Origin: Kiloniellales bacterium
GTDB lineage: Bacteria; Pseudomonadota; Alphaproteobacteria; Kiloniellales; J153
Direction: 5' to 3'
Length of the DNA: 64,000 nt
NCBI GenBank assembly: GCA_036397065.1
Contig: DASWJP010000004.1
Location: forward strand, 8,439 to 72,438
The translations under genes were made by a program, and so were the position numbers. The notes below the pieces were generated by a model. That model did no database searches, was not told the DNA's origin, and saw only the letters and a list, made by a program, of their open reading frames with translations. Below are positions 9,558 to 20,235 of this stretch, in pieces. Every line of letters starts with the position of its first letter. Within the stretch, counting starts at the first letter, position 1.

Positions 9558-11833
9558 CAGGCTTCGGCCGCGACCACCGCATCGTGCGCGGCAATGGCCG
9601 CGGCGATCACCAGATCGTTGACGGTGGCGCCGAGGGAGACAATCTGGGCCGGTTTCGACAGGCCCATCAGGATCGGTCCGATCACCGTTCCGATGCGCGC
9701 GCTTTGCACCAGCTTGGTGACGATGTTGGCGGAATGCAGGGCCGGCATGATCAGCACGTTGGCGGGCCCGCGCAGACGGCAGAACGGATAGATCCGTCGC
9801 ATCAGATCGTAGTCGAGGGCGACGTTCGCCTGCATCTCGCCATCGTATTCGAAGTCCACCTCGAGGGAATCGAGCACCCGCACCGCATCGCGAATGCGCT
9901 GGGCCTTCTCGCGCTTGGGATTGCCGAAGTTGGAAAAGCTCAACAAGGCCACCCGCGGCTCATGGCCCATGGCGCGGGCTTGCGCCGCGGCCTGGATGGC
10001 GATGTCGGCCAATTGCTCCGGTGCCGGCAATTCATGGACGGACGTATCGGCGATGAAGACCGAGCGGCCGTTGAGCAGCATGATGGACATGCCGAAGACG
10101 CGCCGGCGCGGTTTCGGATCGATGGCCCGGGTGATGTCGTCGAAGGCCACACCGAAGCTGCGCGTCAGGCCGGTGACCATGGCATCCGCATCGCCCATGG
10201 CGACCATGCAGGCGGCGAACACATTGCGGTTCTGGTTCACCATGCGCTGGCAATCGCGGTGAATGGCGCCGCGCCGCTGCCAGCGCCCGTAGAGGAAATC
10301 GGTGTACCGCTTGTTGTTCGCCGAGAGGCGGGCATTGTGGATTTCGAAGGCCTCGTCGCTGGCGCCCATTTGCCGCAGGGTCTCGCGCACCAGCTCCTCG
10401 CGCCCGACCAGAACCGGCGTGCCATAGCCGGCGTGATGGAAGGCCAGTGCCGCGCGGATCGAGGCTTCCTCCTCGCCCTCGGCAAAGACCACCCGCTTGC
10501 CGCTGCCGCGCACCTTCTCGAAAATGCGCTGCAGGCCGGCCACGGTCGGATCCAGGCGGGCGGCCAGTTCCTGCCCATAGGCGGCGAAATCGCGGATCGG
10601 CCGGCGGGCCACGCCGGTGTCCATGGCCGCCTTGGCCACCGCCTGCGGCACGGCGACGATCAAGCGCGGATCGAAGGGTGCGGGAATAATGTAGTCGGGG
10701 CCGAAGCGCACCCGCCGCCCGGCATAGGCGCGATCGACCTCGTCCGGCACATCCTCGCGCGCCAGGGCGGCCAAGGCTTGTGCCGCGGCAATCTTCATCT
10801 CCATGTTGATGGTCGAGGCGCGCGCATCCAAAGCGCCGCGGAAAATATAAGGAAAGCCCAAGATATTGTTGACCTGGTTCGGGTAGTCCGAACGGCCGGT
10901 GGCCATGATGGCGTCTTGGCGCACCGCCGCGACCTCCTCCGGCGTAATCTCCGGGTCTGGATTGGCCATGGCGAAGATGATCGGCTTGTCGGCCATGGCG
11001 CGGACCATGTCCGGGGTGACCGCGCCCTTGGCGGACAGGCCGAGAAAGAGATCGGCGCCATCCATGGCCTCGGCCAGGGTGCGCGCCTTGGTCTTGACCG
11101 CATGGCCCGACTTCCACTGGTTCATGCCCTTGGCGCGGCCCTGGTAGATGACCCCCGAGGTATCGCACAGGGTCACGTTGCCCGGCTGCACGCCCATGGC
11201 CTTGAGCAGCTCGGCGCAGGCGATGCCCGCCGCGCCGGCGCCGTTGATGGTCACCCGCACCGAGGCCATTTCCCGGCCGGTCAAGTGCAAGGCATTGATG
11301 ACGCCGGCCGTGGTGATGATGGCGGTGCCGTGCTGATCGTCATGGAAGACCGGGATGTCGAGGTGCTCGCGCAGGCGCTGTTCGATGATGAAACATTCCG
11401 GCGCCTTGATGTCCTCCAGGTTGATGCCGCCGAAGGTGGGGCCGAGAAAACGCACGCAGTTGACGAACTCGTCCACATCGCGGGTATCGACCTCCAGGTC
11501 GATGCCGTCCACGTCGGCGAAGCGCTTGAAGAGCACCGCCTTGCCTTCCATCACCGGCTTGGCGCCGAGCGCCCCCAGATCGCCCAAGCCGAGGACCGCG
11601 GTGCCGTTGGAGACGATGGCCACCAGATTGCCCTTGGCGGTGTAGTCGTAGACCCGGTCCGGATCCTCGAAGATCTTCAGGCACGGTGCGGCCACGCCGG
11701 GGGAATAGGCCAGGGTCAGATCGCGCTGGGTGGTCAGCGGCTTGGTGGCGCGAATCTCGAACTTGCCGGGCCGGCCGTGGGCGTGAAAATCCAACGCCTC
11801 CTGCTCGGTGATACGCGACTTACCCTGATCCAT
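9557..11833 (-). CDS. maeB: NADP-dependent malic enzyme (malic enzyme + PTA-like domain), MaeB type
   Basis: The N-terminus [44 protein letters not shown] is typical of MaeB, and there is a long C-terminal phosphotransacetylase-like domain. The ATG at 11833 has the SD GGGAGGA just upstream; the ORF track starts at a GTG at 11857. Confidence 0.92.
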   Translation of the reverse strand: MDQGKSRITEQEALDFHAHGRPGKFEIRATKPLTTQRDLTLAYSPGVAAPCLKIFEDPDRVYDYTAKGNLVAIVSNGTAVLGLGDLGALGAKPVMEGKAVLFKRFADVDGIDLEVDTRDVDEFVNCVRFLGPTFGGINLEDIKAPECFIIEQRLREHLDIPVFHDDQHGTAIITTAGVINALHLTGREMASVRVTINGAGAAGIACAELLKAMGVQPGNVTLCDTSGVIYQGRAKGMNQWKSGHAVKTKARTLAEAMDGADLFLGLSAKGAVTPDMVRAMADKPIIFAMANPDPEITPEEVAAVRQDAIMATGRSDYPNQVNNILGFPYIFRGALDARASTINMEMKIAAAQALAALAREDVPDEVDRAYAGRRVRFGPDYIIPAPFDPRLIVAVPQAVAKAAMDTGVARRPIRDFAAYGQELAARLDPTVAGLQRIFEKVRGSGKRVVFAEGEEEASIRAALAFHHAGYGTPVLVGREELVRETLRQMGASDEAFEIHNARLSANNKRYTDFLYGRWQRRGAIHRDCQRMVNQNRNVFAACMVAMGDADAMVTGLTRSFGVAFDDITRAIDPKPRRRVFGMSIMLLNGRSVFIADTSVHELPAPEQLADIAIQAAAQARAMGHEPRVALLSFSNFGNPKREKAQRIRDAVRVLDSLEVDFEYDGEMQANVALDYDLMRRIYPFCRLRGPANVLIMPALHSANIVTKLVQSARIGTVIGPILMGLSKPAQIVSLGATVNDLVIAAAIAAHDAVVAAEA

Positions 11834-11940
11834 ACGTCCTCCCCCGCGCCGGCACACCGTCCGGTGCTGTGCCCCTGGTCTGAATGTTAGAGAGGCCCGC
11901 CCCAGCCGTCAAAGGAGCGGTCAGCAGCGCTGATTGGTGT

Positions 11941-12426
11941 TTAGCGGCGATTTCGGCGATGAATGTGCACATCGGCGGCGCCGTTGTGCCGCAACACATC
12001 GCTCGCCTTCGTCTCCCGCTCCGGCGTTTCGGCCCGCACCCACAGAAGCACCGCGCCGGACTCCAATGCCCGGGCAAAGCTTTCCGTATGCGGTGTGGCG
12101 CGCACGGTTTCCAGCACCTCGGCCAGGGCCGCACCGGTCAAGCCGGCGGCCATGGCCGCCGAGATGGCGGCGCCGACCGGGCCGGTGGCGATGCCGATCA
12201 AACCGGCGGCGGTCAGCGGCCCGATATACTTGATCTCGCCCACCAGGCCGGAGAGCGCCTCCTCCCAGGCCGCCCCCGGCGTACCGGCGGCGCTGAGCGA
12301 TTCGTGGGTGTCCAGGACCGAGAGATCGCTGGCCGCGAAGCCGCCGCCGAGCAGCGCCTCGACCGCTGCCGTGAAGGTCTCGCGGTCGGCGAACCGGCCG
12401 ACCACTTCGATGACATCGCTGCTCAC
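11941..12426 (-). CDS. small membrane-associated stress-type protein (YflT/DUF1269-like), hypothetical
   Basis: GTG start preceded by AAGGAGA 8 nt upstream, with GC3-rich codons. The N-terminal [31 protein letters not shown] module is repeated in weaker form at the C-terminus ([27 protein letters not shown]). A central Gly/Ala-zipper hydrophobic segment separates them. Confidence 0.55.
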   Translation of the reverse strand: MSSDVIEVVGRFADRETFTAAVEALLGGGFAASDLSVLDTHESLSAAGTPGAAWEEALSGLVGEIKYIGPLTAAGLIGIATGPVGAAISAAMAAGLTGAALAEVLETVRATPHTESFARALESGAVLLWVRAETPERETKASDVLRHNGAADVHIHRRNRR

Positions 12427-12630
12427 GCGGATCGTCTCCTTGCCGGTTTCAGAAGGCGCACTCTCGTGCCATTGTGCCCTGCGCTTGCCCCCGGGCGCAA
12501 CGCGGCCGCTTCAATCCGGGCGGATCATGTTCTAAGTTGGCCGCACCCCCACCGCAAACCAGATCGGCCTCCCGTGCCCGAATCCACGCAACCGTCCGCA
12601 AGCGACCATCGGCCGCCCTCATCGGCGACG

Positions 12631-15327
12631 ATGCCGGATGCCGCATCGATCGCCGCCGGGGCCACACCCATGATGAGCCAGTTCTTGCAGCTCAAGCAGG
12701 CGCACCCGGGCTATCTGCTGTTCTACCGCATGGGCGATTTCTACGAGATGTTCTTCGACGATGCGCTGGCCGCCGCCGCCGCCCTCGACATCACCCTGAC
12801 CAAGCGCGGCCAGCACGACGGCGCGGATGTGCCCATGTGCGGGGTGCCGGTGCATGCCGCCGACGGCTATCTGGCGCGCCTCATCCGCCAGGGCTTCAAG
12901 GTGGCCATCTGCGAGCAGATGGAGGACCCGGGCACCGCCAAGAAACGGGGCGGCAAGACCCTGGTGCGCCGCGACGTGGTGCGCCTGGTGACCCCCGGCA
13001 CGCTCACCGAGGACGAGCATCTGGACGCCCGGGCGCACAACTTCCTGGCCGCCTTGACCGAGGCCGGCGGCGAATTGGGCCTGGCCTGGCTGGATATTTC
13101 GACCGGCGATTTCCTGGCGCAGCCGCTGAGCCCCGGACCGGCTCTCGCGGCGGCGCTGGCCCGGATCAATCCCGGCGAATTGCTGATTTCCGAGCGTTTG
13201 CTGCAGACGCCGGCGCTCTTCGAGGTGCTGGGCGATTGGAAGAGCGTGCTGTCGCCCCTGCCGTCGCCGCGCTTCGACAGCGGCAATGCCCGCCTGCGCC
13301 TGGAGGCGCTCTATGGGGTCAAGGCGCTGGAGGCTTTCGGCGATTTCGGCCGCGCCGAATTGGCAGCCGCCGGCGCCCTGGTGGACTATCTGGAGCTGAC
13401 GCAAAAAGGGCGCCTGCCGCGACTGGCGCCGCCGCGCCGCCTGGGGGCCGGGGCGGTCATGGAGATCGATGCGGCGACCCGGCGCAACCTGGAGTTGGCC
13501 GTCACCTTGAGCGGCGAGCGCAAGGGCTCCCTGCTCGGTACCATCGACCGCACCTTGACAGGCGCCGGGGCGCGGCTGCTGGCCGCACGCCTGGCCGCAC
13601 CCTTGACCGATCCGGCGGCGATCGCCGGGCGCTGCGACATGGTGGCCTTCCTGATCGATGCAGCAAATGTGCGCGCCGATGCGCGCGCGGTCTTGCGCAC
13701 CTGTCCGGATATGGAGCGGGCGTTGTCGCGCCTCAGCCTCGGGCGCGGCGGCCCGCGCGATCTGGCGGCGGTGCGCGAGGCCCTGCGCCAGGCCGGGCGC
13801 CTGCGCGGCTTGCTGCACGGCGGCGGCTTGGCGCCCTTGCCCGACGGGCTGGCGGCGGCGGCGCGCGATTTGGGCGAGCACACCACGCTGCTCGACCGTT
13901 TGGACCGGGCCCTGGCCCCCGATCTGCCGCTGCTCGCCCGCGACGGCGGCTTCATCGCCCCCGGCTATGCGCCGGAATTGGACGAGCTCAAGACCTTGCG
14001 CGATGAGAGCCGGCGTCTGATCGCCGGCCTGCAGAGCAAGTATTCGGTGGCAACCGGGGTGACCACCCTGAAGATCCGGCATAATAACGTGCTTGGCTAT
14101 TTCATCGAGGTGACACCGACCCACGCCGAGAAGGTGCGCGGCGACGCCGAGGACAGCCCCTTCATCCACCGGCAAAGCCTGGCCAGCGCGGTGCGCTTCG
14201 CCACCGTCGAGCTGGGCGATCTGGAATCCAGGATCACCGGGGCGGCGGATAAGGCGCTCGCCGTCGAGCAGCGCCTGTTCGACGATCTGGTGGGCGAGGT
14301 GGTCGGCCGGGGCGCGGAGATCGGCCTGTGCGCCCGGGCGCTCGCCGCCGTCGATGTCGCCGCCGCCTTGGCCGAGGTGGCCGCCGCCGGCCGCTGGTGC
14401 CGGCCGACGGTGGATGCCACCACCGCCTTTTCCGTGCGCGGCGGCCGTCATCCGGTGGTCGAGGCGGCCCTAACGCAAGCGCAGACCGGCGCCTTCGTCG
14501 CCAACGATTGCGCTCTGGGCGGCATCGACGGCCAGGACGATGGGGCGGGTGCACGCATCTGGCTGATCACCGGCCCCAACATGGCGGGCAAGAGCACCTT
14601 CCTGCGGCAGAACGCGCTCATTGCCGTGCTCGCGCAAATGGGCTCTTTCGTGCCCGCTGAATCGGCGCACATCGGCGTGGTCGACCGCCTGTTCAGCCGG
14701 GTGGGTGCGGCCGACGATCTGGCCCGCGGCCGCTCCACCTTCATGGTCGAGATGGTGGAAACCGCCGTGATTCTCAATCAGGCGGGACCGCGCGCCCTGG
14801 TCATTCTCGACGAGATCGGCCGCGGCACGGCCACCTTCGACGGCCTGTCGCTCGCCTGGGCGTGCGTCGAGCATCTGCACGAGGTGAACCGCAGCCGCGC
14901 CCTGTTCGCCACCCATTTCCACGAGCTGACGGCGCTGGCCGGTAGGCTCGCGGGCCTCGCCTGCCATACCATGCGGGTCAAGGACTGGAAGGGCGAGGTC
15001 GTGTTCCTCCACGAGGTGGCGCCCGGCGCCGCCGACCGTTCCTACGGCATTCATGTCGCCAAGCTGGCCGGCCTGCCCGCCGCCGCCGTCGCCCGCGCCG
15101 AGGCGGTGCTGGCGCAGTTGGAGCAGGGCGAGCAGGCCGGCACCTTGAGCCGCCTGGCCGACGATCTCCCCCTCTTCGCCGCCCGCCCGCGGGGCGTTGC
15201 GGAACCGCCACCACCGTCGCCGGTGGTGCAAGCGCTCGCCGCCGCCGATCCGGATACGCTCACCCCCAAGGCCGCCCTGGAGTTGCTCTACGAGCTCAAG
15301 CGCTTGGCGGCGGATGAGAAAGCGTAG
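12631..15327 (+). CDS. mutS: DNA mismatch repair protein MutS
   Basis: [32 protein letters not shown] mismatch-binding N-terminus and Walker [14 protein letters not shown]. The start is taken at ATG 12631; the ORF track's N-terminal extension from 11884 overlaps the divergent gene and is not MutS-like. Confidence 0.93.
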   Translation: MPDAASIAAGATPMMSQFLQLKQAHPGYLLFYRMGDFYEMFFDDALAAAAALDITLTKRGQHDGADVPMCGVPVHAADGYLARLIRQGFKVAICEQMEDPGTAKKRGGKTLVRRDVVRLVTPGTLTEDEHLDARAHNFLAALTEAGGELGLAWLDISTGDFLAQPLSPGPALAAALARINPGELLISERLLQTPALFEVLGDWKSVLSPLPSPRFDSGNARLRLEALYGVKALEAFGDFGRAELAAAGALVDYLELTQKGRLPRLAPPRRLGAGAVMEIDAATRRNLELAVTLSGERKGSLLGTIDRTLTGAGARLLAARLAAPLTDPAAIAGRCDMVAFLIDAANVRADARAVLRTCPDMERALSRLSLGRGGPRDLAAVREALRQAGRLRGLLHGGGLAPLPDGLAAAARDLGEHTTLLDRLDRALAPDLPLLARDGGFIAPGYAPELDELKTLRDESRRLIAGLQSKYSVATGVTTLKIRHNNVLGYFIEVTPTHAEKVRGDAEDSPFIHRQSLASAVRFATVELGDLESRITGAADKALAVEQRLFDDLVGEVVGRGAEIGLCARALAAVDVAAALAEVAAAGRWCRPTVDATTAFSVRGGRHPVVEAALTQAQTGAFVANDCALGGIDGQDDGAGARIWLITGPNMAGKSTFLRQNALIAVLAQMGSFVPAESAHIGVVDRLFSRVGAADDLARGRSTFMVEMVETAVILNQAGPRALVILDEIGRGTATFDGLSLAWACVEHLHEVNRSRALFATHFHELTALAGRLAGLACHTMRVKDWKGEVVFLHEVAPGAADRSYGIHVAKLAGLPAAAVARAEAVLAQLEQGEQAGTLSRLADDLPLFAARPRGVAEPPPPSPVVQALAAADPDTLTPKAALELLYELKRLAADEKA

Positions 15328-15394
15328 CGCATAGCGTCCTGCTCGAAATGAAGCTTTGCAGATCAAGCGATTGCCAAGCTCTTCATCATCACGG

Positions 15395-15482
15395 TGTCAT
15401 TGCCGGGCTTGACCCGGCAATCCATCGAGGTCCGAGACTCGCTCGCGAATGGACCCTCGGGTCAAGCCCGAGGGTGACGACG
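15395..15482. repeat. REP-like intergenic palindromic element (two hairpins)
   Basis: ATTGCCGGG-CTTGA-CCCGGCAAT (15399-15421, perfect 9-bp stem) and CCCTCGGG-TCAAG-CCCGAGGG (15454-15474, perfect 8-bp stem). The two loops are reverse complements of each other, and the flanks are GTCAT / GTGACGAC. Confidence 0.75.
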
Positions 15483-15601
15483 GGAACCCTGCCAAGCGCT
15501 TTCAACTGAGCCATTCATTGTGAGTTAGACTCCTAGGCGCATAATTCCCTTGTCTGCGCGGGCTCCGGCGGCAATCTCATAGGCTGAGCTGAAGGGAGTG
15601 C

Positions 15602-18523
15602 ATGGCCATGGAGGCACTGGCGCTGGAAAGCGGGCCCGAGGCCGAGGTGGAGCGGCCGCGGGCGATTGTCGAGCGCCGCCGTCTGCGGGCCGAGGTGGCG
15701 GAGATCGCCACCGCCGATCTGCCGCCGACCGAGGCCCGCGCCCGGATCCTGGCGCTGCTCAAGGCGGCCTTGGCCGATGGCCGGGCCGAGATCCGCCGCC
15801 GCTTCGATGCCGGCGCCTCCGGCCGCGCCGTGGTGCGCGCCCATTGCCACCTGGTGGACCAGATGGTGCGTGTGGTCTTCGATCATGCCAGCGAACACGT
15901 CTATCCCCTGGGCAGCCCGTCGACGAGCGAGGTTCTCTCCCTGGTCGCAGTCGGCGGCTATGGCCGGGGCGAGCTGGCGCCGTACTCGGATGTCGATCTC
16001 CTGTTCCTGATTCCCTACAAGCTGACGCCGCGCAGCGAGCAGGTGATCGAGGAGGTGCTCTACTTCCTCTGGGATTTGGGCCTCAAGGTGGGCCAGGCCA
16101 CCCGCTCGGTGGACGAATGCATGCGCCAGGCCAAGGCCGATCTGACTATCTGCACCAGCCTGCTGGAGGCGCGCTGGCTGTGGGGCGATCAGGATCTCTA
16201 CCGATCCTTACGCAAGCGCTTTCAGAAAGAGGTCGCCGCCGTCAAGGGCGCGGCCCGGTTCATCGAGGCCAAGCTGGCCGAGCGCGCCGAACGGCACAAG
16301 CGCCTGGGCGGCTCGCGCTATTCCCTGGAGCCCAACATCAAGGACGGCAAGGGGGGCCTACGCGATCTGCACACCCTCTATTGGATCGGCAAGTTCCTCT
16401 ATCAGGTGGACGACGTGGCCGAGCTGACGGCGCGCGGCGTGTTCACGAAGACCGAGGCGCGGCGCTTCGACAAGGCGCAGAACTTCCTGTGGACCCTGCG
16501 CTGTCATCTGCACTATGCCGCCGGCCGCGGCGAGGAGCGCCTGACGTTCGATCTGCAGAAGGAGATCGCGCCGCGCTTAGGGTATACGGACCGGGCCGGG
16601 GCGCGCGATGTCGAGCGCTTCATGAAGCACTACTTCCTGGTGGCCAAGGACGTGGGCGATCTGACGCGCATTTTCTGCGCCGCCCTGGAGGCCGAGCATG
16701 ACCGGCGCTCACGCTTTCGCCTGCCCACGCTGCGCCGGCGCCGGGCGATCGAGGGATTCCGCCTGGAGGGCGACCGGCTGAGCGTCGCCGGGCCGGAGGT
16801 CTTCGCCCAGCATCCGGTGCAGATGCTGCGCATCTTCCATGCGGCGCAACAGCACGATCTGGATATCCACCCCAAGGCGTTGCGCTGGATCACCCAGAAT
16901 TTGAAACTTATCGATGCGGACGTGCGCGCTGATGCCGAGGCCAACCGCCTGTTCCTCGACATGCTCACATCCGAGAAGGATCCGGAGATGGCCTTGCGCC
17001 GGCTGAACGAGGCCGGTGTGTTCGGCCGCTTCATGCCCGACTTCGGCCGGGTGGTGGCGCTGATGCAATACAACATGTACCACCACTTCACGGTGGACGA
17101 GCACACCATCTTCGCCATCGGCATCCTGCACAAGATCGAGCAGGGCCTGCTCAAGGACGAGGTGCCGGTCGCCAGCGAAGTGGTGCACAAGGTGCTCTCC
17201 CGCCGGGTGCTCTATCTGGCGGTGCTGCTGCACGACATCGCCAAGGGCCGCGGCGGCGACCATTCGCAGCTCGGCGCGAAGGTGGCACGCAAGGTGTGCC
17301 CGCGCCTGGGGTTGAGCGAGGAGGAGACGGAGACCGTCGCCTGGCTGGTGCTGCATCATCTGGCCATGTCGGATACGGCCATCAAGCGCGATCTGACCGA
17401 CCCGCAGACGATCAGCGATTTCGCCGCCCTGATCCAATCGCCGGAACGGCTGCGCCTGCTGCTGGTCCTCACGGTCGCCGATATTCGCGCCGTCGGCCCG
17501 AACGTGTGGAACGCCTGGAAGGCGGCCCTGTTGCGTGATCTCTATTGGCGTACGGAAGAGACGCTGACCGGCGGGGTTTCCGAGGACAGCCGCAAGGCGC
17601 GGGTGGAGGCGGCGCAGAACGACCTGCGCGCCAAGCTGACCGATTGGCCGGAGGCCGATATCGCCGCCCATCTGGCGCGCGGCTATGCGTCCTATTGGCT
17701 CTCTGTCGACGGCGAAACCCATCTGCGCCATGCCCGCCTGGTGCGCGCGGCCGAGGCGCGCCAGGCGCCGCTCACCGTCGATACGCGCATAGACCATTAC
17801 CGGGAAGTGACCGAGGTCACCGTCTACACCGCCGACCATGCCGGCCTGTTCAGCCGCATCGCCGGGGCCATGGCGGTGGCCGGTGCAAGCATCGATGCGG
17901 CGCGCATCTTCACCCTGGCCAACGGCATGGCGCTGGATACCTTTTATGTGCGCGATGGGGTGGGCGGTCCGTTCGACCGGCCGGATCAGCTGGCCCGCCT
18001 GTCGGCGGCCATCGAGCAGACCCTGGCCGGCCGCCTGAAGCCGGCCCAGGAATTGGCGCGCCGCCGCTCACCCCTGCCCAGCCGGCTGCGGGTCTTCAAG
18101 GTGACGCCGCGGGTTCTGATCGACAACAAGGCCAGCGCCCGGGACACCCTCATCGAGGTCAACGGCCGCGACCGGACGGGCCTGCTCTACGATGTCACCC
18201 GGGCGCTCTCCAAGCTCAACCTGATGATCAACGGCGCGCGCATCGCCACCTTCGGCGAGCGTGCCGTCGACGTTTTCTATGTGCAGGATGCCCTCGGCGA
18301 CAAGATCGAGGCGCCGGCCAAGCTCAAGCGCATGCGCGAGCGTCTGGTGGAGGCCCTGGCCGACGGCGAGGGCAAGCCGGCGGAGCCGGCACAGGCGGCG
18401 AAAAAGTCTCCCGCCCAGAAAAAGCCCCCGGTGAAGTCACCCGACCGCAAAGCGGCCGGCAAAAAGGTCAAACCCGCCAAACGCCCACCCCGGCGCGCCC
18501 CGGGCAAACCTGTCGGCACCTGA
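15602..18523 (+). CDS. glnD: bifunctional [protein-PII] uridylyltransferase/uridylyl-removing enzyme GlnD
   Basis: Nucleotidyltransferase region (LVAVGGYGRGELAPYSDVDLLFL), HD domain (LLHDIAKGRGGDHS) and two C-terminal ACT-like domains. A Lys/Pro/Ala-rich tail follows. ATG 15602 and ATG 15608 are both possible starts. Confidence 0.92.
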   Translation: MAMEALALESGPEAEVERPRAIVERRRLRAEVAEIATADLPPTEARARILALLKAALADGRAEIRRRFDAGASGRAVVRAHCHLVDQMVRVVFDHASEHVYPLGSPSTSEVLSLVAVGGYGRGELAPYSDVDLLFLIPYKLTPRSEQVIEEVLYFLWDLGLKVGQATRSVDECMRQAKADLTICTSLLEARWLWGDQDLYRSLRKRFQKEVAAVKGAARFIEAKLAERAERHKRLGGSRYSLEPNIKDGKGGLRDLHTLYWIGKFLYQVDDVAELTARGVFTKTEARRFDKAQNFLWTLRCHLHYAAGRGEERLTFDLQKEIAPRLGYTDRAGARDVERFMKHYFLVAKDVGDLTRIFCAALEAEHDRRSRFRLPTLRRRRAIEGFRLEGDRLSVAGPEVFAQHPVQMLRIFHAAQQHDLDIHPKALRWITQNLKLIDADVRADAEANRLFLDMLTSEKDPEMALRRLNEAGVFGRFMPDFGRVVALMQYNMYHHFTVDEHTIFAIGILHKIEQGLLKDEVPVASEVVHKVLSRRVLYLAVLLHDIAKGRGGDHSQLGAKVARKVCPRLGLSEEETETVAWLVLHHLAMSDTAIKRDLTDPQTISDFAALIQSPERLRLLLVLTVADIRAVGPNVWNAWKAALLRDLYWRTEETLTGGVSEDSRKARVEAAQNDLRAKLTDWPEADIAAHLARGYASYWLSVDGETHLRHARLVRAAEARQAPLTVDTRIDHYREVTEVTVYTADHAGLFSRIAGAMAVAGASIDAARIFTLANGMALDTFYVRDGVGGPFDRPDQLARLSAAIEQTLAGRLKPAQELARRRSPLPSRLRVFKVTPRVLIDNKASARDTLIEVNGRDRTGLLYDVTRALSKLNLMINGARIATFGERAVDVFYVQDALGDKIEAPAKLKRMRERLVEALADGEGKPAEPAQAAKKSPAQKKPPVKSPDRKAAGKKVKPAKRPPRRAPGKPVGT

Positions 18524-18571
18524 CCGGCGGCGCTTTTCCGACTCGTGGCAATCCTCTAGATAATTGGCCCC

Positions 18572-20149
18572 ATGACGCTCGTCCGCTCCCTTGCCACCGT
18601 CGGCGGTTACACCGGCATCAGCCGCATTCTCGGCCTGATCCGCGACATGCTGTTTGCACCGGTGCTGGGCACCGGGCCGGTGGCGGACGCCTTCTTCATC
18701 GCGTTCCGCCTGCCCAATCTGTTCCGCCGGCTGTTCGCCGAGGGCGCCTTCAATGCCTCGTTCGTGCCGCTCTTCGCCCGCCAACTGGAAGCCGGCGGCC
18801 GGGAGGCGGCCCGCCTGTTCGCTGAGCAAAGCCTGGCGGTTCTGCTCGCGGCCTTGCTCCTGCTCAGTGCCGTTTGCATGGCGGCCATGCCGTGGCTGAT
18901 GTATGTGCTGGCCCCCGGCTTTGCCGCCCATACGGCGAAGTTCGATATGGCGGTGCATCTCAGCCGGATCACCTTCCCTTATCTCCTGTTCATGTCGCTC
19001 GTTGCCTTGCTCAGCGGCGTGCTGAATTCGCTCTATCGCTTTGCCGCCTCGGCGGCGGCGCCGATCATCCTCAATGTTTTTTTTATCTTCGCCGTGCTGG
19101 TGGTTTTTCCGCTCACCGGTGCCCCGGGCGAGGTGCTGGCGTGGACCGTGGCGGCGGCCGGCGCCGGGCAGTTTCTGCTGCTGCTGCTTGCCTGCCGCCG
19201 CGCCGGCATGGCCTTGCGCCTGCCGCGGCCGCGTCTCACGCCGAATGTCCGGCGTCTCCTGGCGCTAATGTGGCCCGGTTTGCTCTCCGCCGGGGCCATG
19301 CAGATCAATCTGATGGTCGGCACTATCATTGCCTCCCTGCAGATCAGCGCCGTGTCCTTTCTCTATTATGCCGACCGCATCTACCAGCTGCCGCTGGGCC
19401 TCATCGGCATCGCCTTCGGCATCGTGCTGTTGCCCGATCTGTCGCGCAAATTGCGCGCCGGCGCGCACAAGGCCGCCATGTACACCTTCAACCGGGGGCT
19501 GGAGCTCGCCCTGTTTCTGACCCTGCCGGCGACCGTGGCCCTGTTGATCATTCCCCTGCCGATCATCGTGGTCCTGTTCGAGCGCGGCGTCTTCGACCGG
19601 GCCGATTCGGTCGCCACCGCCTGGGCGCTGGCCGCCTTCGCCCTCGGCCTGCCGGCTTTCGTGCTGGTCAAGGTGCTGCAGCCGGCCTTCTTCGCCCGCG
19701 AGGATACGGTCACGCCCTTGCGCATGGCCTTGATCACGGTGGCCGCCAACGTGGTCTTCAGCCTGGCCCTTTTCTGGCCCTTGCGCCATGTGGGGCTGGC
19801 TCTCGCCACCAGCCTTTCGGCGTGGCTGAACGCCGGCCTACTGATCTGGGCCCTGCGTTCACGCAAGTTCCTGACCATCGATGCGCGCTGCAAGACGCGG
19901 GTGCCGCGCATCGCCGTGGCCAGCGTGCTCATGGGCGCGGTCCTGTGGGCGGCCTTCCAAGGGCTGGCCCCCTGGTTCGACGGGGCGGTGCCGGTGCGGA
20001 TTCTCGGCCTGGGTCTGCTGGTTGGCGGCGGCCTGGCCGTCTACGGCGTTCTGGCGCTGCTCTTGCGGGCGATGGCACCGGCCGATCTGGCGGGCTTGGT
20101 GCGCCGTCCCGCCCCGGCGGCCGCGGGCAAACCGCCGAGCCCCCCTTGA
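18572..20149 (+). CDS. murJ: lipid II flippase MurJ (MviN)
   Basis: N-terminus SRILGLIRDMLFAPVLGTGPVADAFFIAFRLPNLFRRLFAEGAFNASFVPLF and about 14 TM segments. Confidence 0.92.
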   Translation: MTLVRSLATVGGYTGISRILGLIRDMLFAPVLGTGPVADAFFIAFRLPNLFRRLFAEGAFNASFVPLFARQLEAGGREAARLFAEQSLAVLLAALLLLSAVCMAAMPWLMYVLAPGFAAHTAKFDMAVHLSRITFPYLLFMSLVALLSGVLNSLYRFAASAAAPIILNVFFIFAVLVVFPLTGAPGEVLAWTVAAAGAGQFLLLLLACRRAGMALRLPRPRLTPNVRRLLALMWPGLLSAGAMQINLMVGTIIASLQISAVSFLYYADRIYQLPLGLIGIAFGIVLLPDLSRKLRAGAHKAAMYTFNRGLELALFLTLPATVALLIIPLPIIVVLFERGVFDRADSVATAWALAAFALGLPAFVLVKVLQPAFFAREDTVTPLRMALITVAANVVFSLALFWPLRHVGLALATSLSAWLNAGLLIWALRSRKFLTIDARCKTRVPRIAVASVLMGAVLWAAFQGLAPWFDGAVPVRILGLGLLVGGGLAVYGVLALLLRAMAPADLAGLVRRPAPAAAGKPPSPP

Positions 20150-20235
20150 CCGGGACGGAAGGATGCGGCCATAACCCGGCCGTCCGCGATGCCCGCGGCG
20201 GCGCGAACATCGCGGATCGTAGGGACGCCTAGGCC

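Noticed and set aside
9584-11890. 768-aa ORF on the + strand
   Set aside because: It is a mirror image of maeB. The composition is dominated by G/R/A/H/D with no motifs, which is the usual GC-driven antisense artefact.
11884-12630. N-terminal 249-aa extension of the mutS ORF in the track
   Set aside because: The extension is not MutS-like and overlaps the divergent YflT-like gene. The conserved MutS N-terminus begins right after ATG 12631.
12619-14451. 610-aa ORF on the - strand (plus the 510-aa +2 frame ORF 12474..14006)
   Set aside because: Both overlap mutS, whose frame carries the MutS domains. The alternative frames are Arg/Pro/Gly-rich nonsense.
15483-15601. Possible sigma54 (-24/-12) promoter upstream of glnD (GGCGCATAATTCCCTTG)
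   Set aside because: It lacks the TTGC -12 element at the required spacing from the GG.
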